Origin: Candidatus Latescibacterota bacterium
GTDB taxonomy: Bacteria > Latescibacterota > UBA2968 > UBA8231
DNA: 64,000 bases
NCBI GenBank assembly: GCA_965203175.1
Contig: OZ241867.1
Location: forward strand, 4,032,001 to 4,096,000
Reading direction: 5' to 3'
Shown: in pieces, positions 36,364-45,897 of the stretch
How positions within the stretch are numbered: the first letter of the stretch is position 1
Layout: each line of letters begins with the position of its first letter
Position numbers and translations under genes: made by a program
The notes under the pieces: generated by a model
What the model saw: the letters and a program-made list of their open reading frames with translations, nothing else
Databases searched by the model: none
Told to the model about the DNA's origin: nothing

Positions 36364-37470
36364 ATGCGTGATACCCTAGCGTATCCAACCTACGAAAGCC
36401 TCGGCGTGCGCCCCCTGATCAACTGCCAGGGGACCTATACCATCATCAGCGGTTCGTTGATTTTGCCCGAAGTGCGGCAGGCCATGGTCGAGGCCTCCAA
36501 GCAATACGTCCATCTCGACGAGCTGATGGAGGCCGTTGGAGCGCGCATCGGCGAGCTGATGCAGTGCGAGTGGGGGCTCGTTACCAATGGTTGCGCCGCG
36601 GCGTTGTGCCAAGTTACGGCCGCTTGCGTGGCCGGCACGGATCACGAGAAAATGACGCGGTTGCCCGACACTACGGACATGAAAAACCAAGTCATCGTCC
36701 AGCCGAGCCACCGCCACGTGTACGATCACGCTGTGCGCATGGTCGGCGTCGAAATGGTCGAGGTCGAGACTCTCGCCGAGCTTGAAGCGGCTGTGTCGAA
36801 CCGCACGGCCATGCTGTTGGTGTTTGGCGATGCGGCCGAGCGGGGGCCGATCTCGGTGGCAGACATGGCAGCGGCTGGGCAGCGACATGGCGTACCGACG
36901 TTTGTCGATGCCGCTGCCGAGCGGCCGGACGTGCCCAACTGGTATTTGGAGCAAGGGGTTGATGCAGTGGCCTATTCGGGCGGCAAGTGCCTGCGCGGAC
37001 CGCAGGCGTCGGGCTTGGTCTTGGGGCGCAAGGAACTGTTGCAGGCAGCATTCCTCAATGGAGCACCGCACCACGCGCTGGGGAGGCCAATGAAGGCGGG
37101 CAAGGAAGAAATCATGGGGCTGTTGGCCGCGGTGGAGCAGTGGGTGGTACGCGACCACGCGGCCGAGTGGCGGGAGTGGGAGCGGCGCTTGGCCGTGATA
37201 GCGGCGGCAGTGGAGCTGTTCCCCTCGGTGGCCACGCAAGTCAATCAGCCCGGGCGTTCGAATGTCGCGCCGAACTTGGCGGTGCGCTGGGATCGAGAAA
37301 AGCTAGCCATCAGTGGCCACGAGCTTGCGCGCCAACTATCGGCTGGTCAACCGCGAATCGAGATCGCCGCCCACGAGAGCGGCTTTGGTATCAATCCCTA
37401 TATGATGGAGATTGGCGAGGAAGACATTGTGGCGCGGCGGGTGAGCGAGGTTTTGGCCGCGGTCTGCTGA
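36364..37470 (+). CDS. SelA-like (DgaE-type) PLP-dependent enzyme
   Basis: LGVRPLINCQGTYT, VDAAAE, YSGGKCLRGPQASG, GRPMKAGKEEI. Confidence 0.82.
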   Translation: MRDTLAYPTYESLGVRPLINCQGTYTIISGSLILPEVRQAMVEASKQYVHLDELMEAVGARIGELMQCEWGLVTNGCAAALCQVTAACVAGTDHEKMTRLPDTTDMKNQVIVQPSHRHVYDHAVRMVGVEMVEVETLAELEAAVSNRTAMLLVFGDAAERGPISVADMAAAGQRHGVPTFVDAAAERPDVPNWYLEQGVDAVAYSGGKCLRGPQASGLVLGRKELLQAAFLNGAPHHALGRPMKAGKEEIMGLLAAVEQWVVRDHAAEWREWERRLAVIAAAVELFPSVATQVNQPGRSNVAPNLAVRWDREKLAISGHELARQLSAGQPRIEIAAHESGFGINPYMMEIGEEDIVARRVSEVLAAVC

Positions 37471-37478
37471 TCGAGTTC

Positions 37479-39521
37479 TCAGTTGGGCCGCTCGCTCCGG
37501 CGCAAGGCCACGGACAGCGGCTCAACCCCGTCCTCGTTGGGCTCTGAACTCACCTCGCCGGTGCGGGGATCCACGCTGTGGATCATCACGTCCTCGGGCA
37601 CGTCAAAATCCTTTTCCGGCCGTCCCTCGTTTATGGCGATCATGAAGTCCGTCCAGATGGGCACGGCTCCGTTGCCGCCGGTGATTTGCACCCCGCGCGT
37701 ATCCACCAGTTTATGGGCGCGGCGCTCGTCGAACCCCACCCAGACGCTGGCGATTAAGTCCGGGGTGAATCCAGTAAACCAAGCGTCGGTATTGTCGTTG
37801 GTCGTGCCAGTCTTGCCAGCGGCTGGCCGCGCGAAGCCGCGCTTGCGCACTTGGTGACCGGTGCCGCGGTCCACGGTCTGGCGCAAGAGGTGGACCATCT
37901 GCGCGGCGAGGTCGGGTGCGATGGCTTGGCGGATCTGCGGCTGGTGGGTAAAGATCTGCTGGCCGTCGGCATCGACGATTCGCTCTATCAAGATCGGCGT
38001 CACTTGCAAGCCGTAGTTGGCAAAAATCCCGTACGCCGCGGCCATTTCCAACACAGTGACTTCGGCGACGCCCAAGGCAATGCTCTTGTAGGCTCCTATT
38101 GGCCCGGCAAAACCCAAGCGGTGGGCAATCTCGACGACGCGGTCCGGGCCGACGAGTTCGGAGATTTGTATGGCCGTGGAGTTGGCCGAGCGAACTAAGG
38201 CCCATGCCGCGATCGTTTGTCCCAAGTAGCGTCCGCCGTAGTTGCGCGGTTGCCACTTTTTCTCGTTGTCGATATAGGTGCGCGGCTCGTCGTTAAAGAC
38301 GGTGACCGGGCTGATCTCACCCGCTTCCAAAGCTGCTAGGTAGGCAATCGGTTTAAAGCCGGAGCCAGGCTGGCGGCGGGCGGTGAGGGCCCGGTTGTAG
38401 TAGCTGACGAAGATGTCCCGGCCCCCGACCATGGCCAGCACTTTCCCCGTCGGCGACAGGCACACCAATGCGCCTTGGACGTAGGCCGGGCGCTCGGCCA
38501 TCGACGCTTCCGAATAGGGTTTAAATCCCAGCCGCTCATCCAACTCGACCATCCCCTTGGCCACCGCTTCTTCGGCCGCTTCTTGCATCGCAATGTCCAA
38601 GGTAGTATAGACCTTCAGACTCCCATAATGCAGGGCCGACGGTCCCCACTGCCGGACGATTTCTGCGTTGATGGCTTCGACCCAATAGGGTACTGGGTTG
38701 CGAGGCGGGTAGCCTGGGTTGATGAGGTCTTCGGCTCGGAGGGTGGCGTATTCCCGGCGCGTTTCTAAGTCGAGGAAGCCGCTGGCAACCATGCGGTCGA
38801 ACACGTGTTGCAGCCGGGAGGTAGCTCGTTGGGGGTGCCGCAGGGGATTGTACTTGGTCGGGGCGTTGACCTGGCCGATGAGCATGGCGGCGCGGGGCAG
38901 GCTCAGCGAGTCTGGGGTCGTATCGAAGAAGGTGATCGCGGCGTCGTGAATGCCGTAGGCGTTGGTGCCGTAGAAGACTGCATTGAGGTACAGCTCTAGG
39001 AGGCGATTTTTGTAAGCGGGTTGCCCAGCGGCGTTGGTGTCTGGATACGAGGCGGCAAAGAACGCTTCTAGTTGCAAGGCGAGGAGCGCTTCCGAGAGCT
39101 TGCGTTCAAAGGTCTTTTTTGGCGAAAAGAACAGGCGCTTGACGAGCTGTTGGGTCAAGGTACTGCCGCCGCGAGTAAGGCTGCGCTCTCGCAGATTGTC
39201 GCGAATCGCGCCGACAATGGCCGTCAGGTCAATGCCTCGGTGGTGGTAAAAGTGTGCGTCTTCCGTGGCGATGAGTGCTTTTACCACGTGGGGGCTGATG
39301 TGTTCGAGGGGCACCCATTGGCGGCTCTGATTAAAGGTGTAGATGCGCTCGCCAGAGGCTGCGTACATCTCCGTGCCGGGGCGGATGCCTAGCTCGCGAT
39401 GATCAGTGGGCAGACTGGGCAAGCCCGGGGTCATGCGCCAGATGGCGTACCCCACTCCCAGTCCAGTCGCCAATACGAAGAGCACGGTCAGGACCGCACC
39501 GATGAGCAACGCGCGTCTCAT
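37479..39521 (-). CDS. Class A penicillin-binding protein (transglycosylase/transpeptidase)
   Basis: EDAHFYHHRGID, GGSTLTQQLVK, PGSGFKP, SAN, KTGT. Confidence 0.95.
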   Translation of the reverse strand: MRRALLIGAVLTVLFVLATGLGVGYAIWRMTPGLPSLPTDHRELGIRPGTEMYAASGERIYTFNQSRQWVPLEHISPHVVKALIATEDAHFYHHRGIDLTAIVGAIRDNLRERSLTRGGSTLTQQLVKRLFFSPKKTFERKLSEALLALQLEAFFAASYPDTNAAGQPAYKNRLLELYLNAVFYGTNAYGIHDAAITFFDTTPDSLSLPRAAMLIGQVNAPTKYNPLRHPQRATSRLQHVFDRMVASGFLDLETRREYATLRAEDLINPGYPPRNPVPYWVEAINAEIVRQWGPSALHYGSLKVYTTLDIAMQEAAEEAVAKGMVELDERLGFKPYSEASMAERPAYVQGALVCLSPTGKVLAMVGGRDIFVSYYNRALTARRQPGSGFKPIAYLAALEAGEISPVTVFNDEPRTYIDNEKKWQPRNYGGRYLGQTIAAWALVRSANSTAIQISELVGPDRVVEIAHRLGFAGPIGAYKSIALGVAEVTVLEMAAAYGIFANYGLQVTPILIERIVDADGQQIFTHQPQIRQAIAPDLAAQMVHLLRQTVDRGTGHQVRKRGFARPAAGKTGTTNDNTDAWFTGFTPDLIASVWVGFDERRAHKLVDTRGVQITGGNGAVPIWTDFMIAINEGRPEKDFDVPEDVMIHSVDPRTGEVSSEPNEDGVEPLSVALRRSERPN

Positions 39522-40411
39522 TGCTCTTCTAGTCCAAGGTGTTGTTGCACGAACTGGTCCGGAAGCAAGAGCGCTATGGCCTCTTGGCCCGGCACGAGCG
39601 CGTACGCGGCGAATTGGTCTTCGTCTCCAGTGCGGGTCAGGCGTAGTTCAAAGCCGTCTGCGCTGTCCCAAGCTGTGAGTAGATGCTTGTTCTCGCCCTG
39701 GCGCAGCGAATCGGCCCGCGTTTGCACGACCTCTGCTAGGGCGGCTGTGATGATCGGCCCGGCATCGCTTTGCACACGCTCGGGGTCAGGACCCAAAAGC
39801 GGCGCTAAATGCTGACGCCAGTAGGCCATGTCTTCCTCTTTCATCCGCAGAAAAGTCCAAGCCTCGGGCTCGTCTTTTGCCAGCAGGGATTTGTGAAGCT
39901 GGTAGAACAGCGAACCGTCTTCTAGGGCCATTTGCGCGCCGACGAGGGCGCGGAGATACGAAGCGTCGTCGGGTACGGTGGCTTGGGTTAGCAGGTAGCG
40001 GCCCTGCTCGTAAATCTGGAGAGAATAGGCGAGCTCGCGCAGCGTCTCTGGGCTGAGGCGATCAGGTTGGAGGGCGGTGTCGCGCCGCGCGACCGCAAAG
40101 AACGCCGCGTGAGTGCCGTGGTACTGGAGTTGGTAGTGGTTTTGCAAAACCGGCAGTGGGGTTTGGCTCGGCTCTAGGGTAGTCTCGGCCAGCGAGTCGG
40201 ATAGAGCCGTGCGGGTCTGCCGAGTGGCGAGAATGCCTTGCCAAAGCGCACCCCCTGGCTGGCGCTTTGAGTTTTGTTGCATCAGGTATTGGCCGATGTA
40301 GCGGGCCGCGTATTGGGTTTGGTATTCGAGTAAAAAAAGAACGCAAGCCACGCAGAAAGGCACCAACACACACAGGGCGATGCGGACGAGGCCATAGAGC
40401 AAAGACAACAT
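39518..40411 (-). CDS. Hypothetical membrane-anchored protein
   Basis: N-terminal TM; ATGA overlap with the PBP gene; no recognised motif. Confidence 0.65.
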   Translation of the reverse strand: MLSLLYGLVRIALCVLVPFCVACVLFLLEYQTQYAARYIGQYLMQQNSKRQPGGALWQGILATRQTRTALSDSLAETTLEPSQTPLPVLQNHYQLQYHGTHAAFFAVARRDTALQPDRLSPETLRELAYSLQIYEQGRYLLTQATVPDDASYLRALVGAQMALEDGSLFYQLHKSLLAKDEPEAWTFLRMKEEDMAYWRQHLAPLLGPDPERVQSDAGPIITAALAEVVQTRADSLRQGENKHLLTAWDSADGFELRLTRTGDEDQFAAYALVPGQEAIALLLPDQFVQQHLGLEEQ

Positions 40412-40522
40412 AGCGACACAATAAGTTAGAGGCGGCTGCTTGTCAAAAGTGCTTGCCCATTTTAGGAGCCTAATGGTACTTTTAGCAGTGAGGCGATTAA
40501 TCTATCTGGGGAGGTAGAAAAA

Positions 40523-41509
40523 ATGAAACGCCTAAAATTTGCATGGATTGTCGTCGTCATCGGCTTGTGGCACTGCGGCGATGACGGCGAAAAGGGAACC
40601 AGTCCCATCGCGATTGCCGATCCTCCGCAGGAGCCACGCGCGCTGAGTGTAGAGCGTATTGGCGATGGCGAGATATGGCTCAATTGGCAGGCCGCCGAGG
40701 GCGCGGACGAGGTGCTCTACGTCGTCTATCGCTCGATGGGAGACGATGCGGCCGTGGCCATTGACTCTACGTTCCAGACCCGGTACAAGGATCAGGGTCT
40801 ACGATACGAACTGGAGTACACTTATCGCATAACCGCGATAGACGGCGGCGGCGAGAGCGATCCCTCGAATGCCGTCAGCGGACAGCCCCTCAACAGCCTG
40901 ACTCCGCAGGTGCCGACTGCGGTGCGCGCCGTAGCGCACCACCTCGAAGTATTCGGCCAGCTCGATATCGCACTCGACTGGGCTGACAACGCGGAGACCG
41001 ATCTCGCAGGTTACCGGGTCTATCGCTCGACTGAGCAGGGTTTCACCCCGGGCGTTGAGCATTTGCTGATGCAGGTATCGGGACCGGGCTTCATCGACGA
41101 GGAAATCGAGGTGGGCACGGTGTACTACTATCGAATTACGGCGATAGATCTCGGCGGCAAGGAAAGCAATGCCTCCGAGGAAGTGGGCGATGTCGCGCTG
41201 CCCTCGCCGGTGCTGTTGGTCCCGGTCGCCGGGGAAGAGACCGCTGCACCTTTGACCTTTACTTGGAATCGCTTGCCCGAGGCGCGCGCATTCCGGGTGA
41301 TCGTCACCACCTCGTTGACCAGCGGCGAAGTGTCGGACATGCCACTGACTAGCGATACCACAGCCGTATTTACTGGTCGCATTAAGGAAGGGCGCTTGGT
41401 CTCGCTCGAACCCGGACAAGTGTACTACTGGAAGGTCGTGGCCAGTACGCACATCGAGGGGATTGAGAATTCGGTGAGTCGGGTTGAGAGTTTTAAGGTG
41501 GCTGAGTAG
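40523..41509 (+). CDS. Fibronectin type III domain (lipo)protein
   Basis: GGAGG RBS, signal ending near LWHC, repeated FN3 motifs (YRITAIDGGGESDPS, YRITAIDLGGKESNAS). Confidence 0.82.
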   Translation: MKRLKFAWIVVVIGLWHCGDDGEKGTSPIAIADPPQEPRALSVERIGDGEIWLNWQAAEGADEVLYVVYRSMGDDAAVAIDSTFQTRYKDQGLRYELEYTYRITAIDGGGESDPSNAVSGQPLNSLTPQVPTAVRAVAHHLEVFGQLDIALDWADNAETDLAGYRVYRSTEQGFTPGVEHLLMQVSGPGFIDEEIEVGTVYYYRITAIDLGGKESNASEEVGDVALPSPVLLVPVAGEETAAPLTFTWNRLPEARAFRVIVTTSLTSGEVSDMPLTSDTTAVFTGRIKEGRLVSLEPGQVYYWKVVASTHIEGIENSVSRVESFKVAE

Positions 41510-41514
41510 CTAGG

Positions 41515-42837
41515 ATGGACGCAGATATAGACGCTGGGGCTCTGCGCATCGTCGAGACCTTGCGTGGGGTCGGTTTCCAAGCTCTGCTAGCCGGTGGTTG
41601 TGTGCGCGACTTGGCGTTGGGACGCGCGCCCAAGGACTGGGATGTGGCTACGGATGCCGGGCCAGAAGAAGTGGCCGTGCTTTTCGCTAACACAGTGGCG
41701 GTGGGCGCGCAGTTTGGCATCTCAGTGGTGATGCTCGACGAGGGTGACTACGAGGTAGCGCGCTTCCGCCGCGACGGCCCGTACCGCAATGGCCGCCGTC
41801 CCGCATCTATTGAGCCGGCCGACGCCTGCGCCGACGCCCAGCGCCGCGACTTTACCATCAACGGTCTGTTCTACGATCCGGCGAGTGGCGAGATACTCGA
41901 TTACGTCGGCGGGCAGCAAGACCTCGACGCCAAGGTCATCCGCGCCATCGGCGACCCGGCTGCGCGCTTTGCCGAAGACTATTTGCGCCTGTTGCGGGCC
42001 GTGCGCTTTGCAGCTCGGCTCGGTTTTACCATCGAACCCGCGACGTGGGACGCGCTCTGCGCCCAGGCCGAGCGCATTGCCGGCGTCAGTGCCGAGCGCA
42101 TCCGCGATGAGCTAACCTTGCTGTTGACTGAGGGAGGGGCTGTGCGTGGCTTGCGCCTTTTGGACCAGTCGGGCCTGCTGCAGGCCGTGCTGCCAGAAGT
42201 CGCGGCCATGCGCGGCGTGCCGCAGGAAGCTGAATTCCATCCCGAAGGCGACGTGTGGACCCACGTCCAACTTTTGTTTGAATACCTCGACGAGCCCTCG
42301 GCTGAGTTGGCTTGGAGCGCGTTGCTCCACGACATTGGCAAGCCGTCAACTATGGTGCGAGCCGAGCGCATCCGCTTCCATGGCCACGACGCGGTTGGGG
42401 CCGAAATGGCGGCGGCGATCTGCGGGCGGTTGCGGATGTCCAACGAATCGCGGAGGGTCATCTGCACGCTCGTGGCCGAACATATGCGGATAAGCCACGT
42501 GCGCCAGATGCGTCCGAGCACGCTCATGCGCCTGTTGCGCGAGCCACACTTTCCCGAGTTGCTCCAATTGCATCGCGCCGATTGCCTAGCCAGCCACGGC
42601 AAGCTCGACCTATACGAGTTTTGCCAAGAACAGCTCGCCGCCCTAAAAAAGGAGCATCTGCGCCCGCCGGCTCTGCTCACGGGAAGCGATCTCATTGCCT
42701 TGGGCTTTGCCCCTGGGCCTCTGTTTAGAGAAATTCTCGCCGCGGTCGAGGATGCCCAGTTGGAAGGGAAGCTCGATAGCTACCAATCCGCACTGCGCTT
42801 TGTGCAGCGCAAATTCTGCGCTGAACCCACCGCCTAG
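41515..42837 (+). CDS. cca: CCA tRNA nucleotidyltransferase with HD domain
   Basis: GGCVRD, DWDVAT, RRDFTING, EDYLRLLRAVRF, HPEGDVWTH, LLHDIGK. Confidence 0.9.
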   Translation: MDADIDAGALRIVETLRGVGFQALLAGGCVRDLALGRAPKDWDVATDAGPEEVAVLFANTVAVGAQFGISVVMLDEGDYEVARFRRDGPYRNGRRPASIEPADACADAQRRDFTINGLFYDPASGEILDYVGGQQDLDAKVIRAIGDPAARFAEDYLRLLRAVRFAARLGFTIEPATWDALCAQAERIAGVSAERIRDELTLLLTEGGAVRGLRLLDQSGLLQAVLPEVAAMRGVPQEAEFHPEGDVWTHVQLLFEYLDEPSAELAWSALLHDIGKPSTMVRAERIRFHGHDAVGAEMAAAICGRLRMSNESRRVICTLVAEHMRISHVRQMRPSTLMRLLREPHFPELLQLHRADCLASHGKLDLYEFCQEQLAALKKEHLRPPALLTGSDLIALGFAPGPLFREILAAVEDAQLEGKLDSYQSALRFVQRKFCAEPTA

Positions 42838-42868
42838 TCGGTGGGCTATTCGATCTGGTCCAAGCTAT

Positions 42869-43210
42869 TTAATGGTCGTGATCGTCGTGAATGCCAGCGG
42901 CGCATTCCGCTGTTCTGGCGTCGAGTTGTTCCCGGCTGATCAAGCCCTTGGTAACGATCAATTCTGCGAGAGAAGCGATCCATTGGGCATAATAGCTCGA
43001 TGGGGCGTTGTTTTGTTCGGCCGCCGCGATTTTCGCAGCCAATTCCGCACTGAACTCGCGCCACTCGTAGATCTCTCGTTCGTTGAGTGCAACGGCCAGG
43101 CCAAAGGCGCGCGCTTCCCAAGGTGCCTGAAAAACCAGTTCTCCATTTTCTCTGGGTAGAGCGATTTGTGCTTCCATTGCGGAGATTTGTCCGTCGGCTT
43201 TTTGCGTCAT
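42869..43210 (-). CDS. Nitrile hydratase accessory/activator protein (P14K/NhhG-like)
   Basis: LPRENGELVFQAPWEARAFGLAVAL, WREFS, YYAQW, His-rich tail HDDHDH. Confidence 0.9.
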   Translation of the reverse strand: MTQKADGQISAMEAQIALPRENGELVFQAPWEARAFGLAVALNEREIYEWREFSAELAAKIAAAEQNNAPSSYYAQWIASLAELIVTKGLISREQLDARTAECAAGIHDDHDH

Positions 43211-43217
43211 CCCGGCC

Positions 43218-43826
43218 TCACTTTGCAGGAGATTCGATCGTAGCCACGCCGATCATCGAGTCGCGCGTGACGAGCGAAACGAGTTGTTCTTCGGTGTGGT
43301 CTTCCGTGCTGGCAGGGCGTTCGGGCAGCACCATGTAGCGGAGATCCGAGTTGCTGTCCCAGACGCGGATTTCGACCGAATCGGGTAGATCGAGGTCAAA
43401 TTCCCGCAAGACCACTCTCGGCTCCCGCACCACCCGAGCGCGATACGCGTAGGATTTGTACCAATTCGGCGGCAGACCGAGTACGGACCAGGGATAACAA
43501 GAGCAAAGGGTGCAAACGACGACGTGGTGGACGCTTGATGTGTTTTCCAGTACGACGATTTTGCTGCCGTGGGCGTCGCTAAAACCCAGTTCGGCAATAG
43601 CTGCGGTGCCGTCTTCGAGTAGCCGACGCTTGTAGTCCGGGTCGCTCCAGGCGCGGGCAACTACTTTGGCACCATTGAGTGGGCCTACGTCTTGTTCGTA
43701 TTTCTGCACGACTTCGTCTATGATATCCGTTGTAAGCAAGCCCTTTTCGATCAGGAGCGATTCGAGTGCTCTGGTGCGCAGGGCGGCATCTGGCTCGGTA
43801 TGGACGGCTGCGCGAGAATTATTCAT
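43218..43826 (-). CDS. nthA: Cobalt-type nitrile hydratase alpha subunit
   Basis: VCTLCSCY metal-binding motif (T/Y marks Co type), [19 protein letters not shown]. Confidence 0.96.
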   Translation of the reverse strand: MNNSRAAVHTEPDAALRTRALESLLIEKGLLTTDIIDEVVQKYEQDVGPLNGAKVVARAWSDPDYKRRLLEDGTAAIAELGFSDAHGSKIVVLENTSSVHHVVVCTLCSCYPWSVLGLPPNWYKSYAYRARVVREPRVVLREFDLDLPDSVEIRVWDSNSDLRYMVLPERPASTEDHTEEQLVSLVTRDSMIGVATIESPAK

Positions 43827-43855
43827 AACAAAATCCTTTTGCGATTGGGGATTGG

Positions 43856-44527
43856 TTACGCCGGTTCCAAGTAGCTTTCCCACATATCCAAATAGACGGC
43901 ACTTTTTGTTTCCGCGGCGCTACCCCACAGTTCCGCGGCGTCAAAGCGCACGGCATATAGGGGCTGTTGGCGCGTTGCACACCCTGCGGGCAGTTCGGCG
44001 TCTTGGAGGTTGTAGATGCCGTAGAAATTGGTGACCGTGCCGTGTTTTCCTCGCGCGTAGCGGGGAAGCCGGGTGTGGCCTGTGGGGTGGATATTGCGCG
44101 ATCGCACGCGGTCGCCGTGGGAAAATTGCGGCTGGATATCCATTTTCTGTGAGGGTGGAGCCGCAGGACGCGAGCGCTTGAATTCGGCGCAAACGGCATC
44201 GGGGTCGGGATGCACCGGGGTTTTGGCATTGGGATGATCCCGGAAAAGTGCCATCCGTTTATCCAACTCTTCTTGGGTTAGCACGCCGGCGTCAATCAGC
44301 CCTTTGATGCGGGAGTGTAGCCATTTTTCGTAATAGCTGGACGATAGGTAGTGTGCTGGATCCATGTTTTCGATGTTGTTACGGGAGCCGCCGGGGATCG
44401 GTACGGGTGTCGCTACCGTCATGGCAAGTACCCGGCCCTCCCAGGGATGGTGGAATAAAGGTTCGTTTTCTTCGCGTATAATGGGACCAAATCCATGCAT
44501 CCCACCCATGTCGTGAATGCCGTCCAT
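43856..44527 (-). CDS. nthB: Nitrile hydratase beta subunit
   Basis: [45 protein letters not shown]. Confidence 0.96.
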   Translation of the reverse strand: MDGIHDMGGMHGFGPIIREENEPLFHHPWEGRVLAMTVATPVPIPGGSRNNIENMDPAHYLSSSYYEKWLHSRIKGLIDAGVLTQEELDKRMALFRDHPNAKTPVHPDPDAVCAEFKRSRPAAPPSQKMDIQPQFSHGDRVRSRNIHPTGHTRLPRYARGKHGTVTNFYGIYNLQDAELPAGCATRQQPLYAVRFDAAELWGSAAETKSAVYLDMWESYLEPA

Positions 44528-44653
44528 GGTTGCTCCTGTCTTTGCACGACCGTTTAGCTGTCGTGGAAGGTTACGTAGGTTCCGAATGGAAGAGCGATCC
44601 CGTAGCAGGCTGCCATTTCCACGCGCCGCCTCGAGGGTTCACCAATGTAATGC

Positions 44654-45892
44654 TCACTTGCTAGGTTGCCCAGCGGCGGACGGTTCAATCTGGTCCAATA
44701 GATGTATGACGTCTTTGGGCTGGACCTTATTGCGAAAAAAGAAGACTCCGCCAGGCACGTTCTTAAAATCATCCTCACTGACATTGAGGTTGGAAGAGAC
44801 GGCCACGAGCAAGTCCTTGCGCTGGGCTTGGCGCAGTTTTGCGAGCTTGCGCCGTAGATACTCCGGTCGCCAGTAGCCCATGATTTCCAAAAACGCTGTG
44901 CGGCCGTCGGGATGGCGGAAGGTAAAATCCGGGATCATCACAGTCTCTTTGAGGTTGACCACTTCGCTCTCGCGTTCGAGTTGCCAGGCGGTTTTGGCCC
45001 TGGCAAAGCGCGCGGCAAACGTCTCCTCCAATAGCGAGTCGTACAGGGTCTGATCCTTGTAATGCGACACGAGACCCGATTGGTCGTCGAGGACGAAATG
45101 CTGGCGGCGGCCGTCTTTGCGCAAAATGTCGGCCTGCATCGACCAGCGGGTACACAGCAATAAGGCCGGGAGAAAAACCGCCATTTGCAGACCGTATTTC
45201 TGCGAGTGGCGGAACATGCTCACCGGGCCGTCGAGCCCGATCTCATAGCCGGCATCGACGTCGCCTTCGATGGTGTGGATCAGCCGGTAGAACTTGATGA
45301 ATTTGAAAAGCTGCTTGTAGCGCACCGGCAGGTTGCGATACACGCTCAGGCGCAGGACTTCGCAGCGATAGAGCATGGCTTGGGCTAGTGCCACGTTGTA
45401 GCGCAGCAGCAACTCGTTGGGCGCGGGGGCGGTAAAGGTGGCAAGCTGGTGGTTTTCAGGCAGGTCGGCGTACAGCCCTGCGAGCACGTCTTCGCTGCTG
45501 ATCTGGTGTTTGAGAGCGACCTGCTCCAGCAGATCCTCGCGCTTGACTGGGTAGATGAGGCTGGTCTCGCGGACGACCGGATGGTGGGCGCGGGCTAGCG
45601 TAAAAACGGCGTGGCGCAATTCTTCGGGAGGCTGGGGACTGGCGACGTGGAATTCGCAGTAGTGGTCGCAAAGTAGCTTGGCTAGGCCGCGCTGGACGCG
45701 GTAGTCGGTGCGGTCTCCAGCGAGCAAGTCGAGGGCGCGTTGCAGTTCTCGCCGAGTTTTGCCTTGGTGTTCGGTGTGGGTCTCGATGAGCGCTTGGGCT
45801 AGGTCAATGAGGGCCGGAGCCTCGACATCGACATAGCGCGGTTCAATGTAAGGACCGCGCGAGCGGGTCAGTAGGAGGTCCGAGGTCAGCAC
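44654..45892 (-). CDS. DUF790 family protein (Bax1-like PD-(D/E)xK nuclease)
   Basis: MLTSDLL, LYADL, RYNVALAQAMLY, LDGPVSMF, IPDF...FLEIMGYWRPEYL. Confidence 0.88.
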   Translation of the reverse strand: MLTSDLLLTRSRGPYIEPRYVDVEAPALIDLAQALIETHTEHQGKTRRELQRALDLLAGDRTDYRVQRGLAKLLCDHYCEFHVASPQPPEELRHAVFTLARAHHPVVRETSLIYPVKREDLLEQVALKHQISSEDVLAGLYADLPENHQLATFTAPAPNELLLRYNVALAQAMLYRCEVLRLSVYRNLPVRYKQLFKFIKFYRLIHTIEGDVDAGYEIGLDGPVSMFRHSQKYGLQMAVFLPALLLCTRWSMQADILRKDGRRQHFVLDDQSGLVSHYKDQTLYDSLLEETFAARFARAKTAWQLERESEVVNLKETVMIPDFTFRHPDGRTAFLEIMGYWRPEYLRRKLAKLRQAQRKDLLVAVSSNLNVSEDDFKNVPGGVFFFRNKVQPKDVIHLLDQIEPSAAGQPSK

Positions 45893-45897
45893 GGTGC

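Noticed and set aside
36364-37470. Selenocysteine synthase SelA
   Set aside because: It lacks the N-terminal tRNA-binding region and has no selB/selD context. It matches the shorter SelA-like/DgaE group.
44528-44653. Cobalt/nickel riboswitch upstream of nthB
   Set aside because: Only a short hairpin (CACGAC...GTCGTG) near the RBS is visible. I cannot match a known riboswitch consensus without a covariance search.
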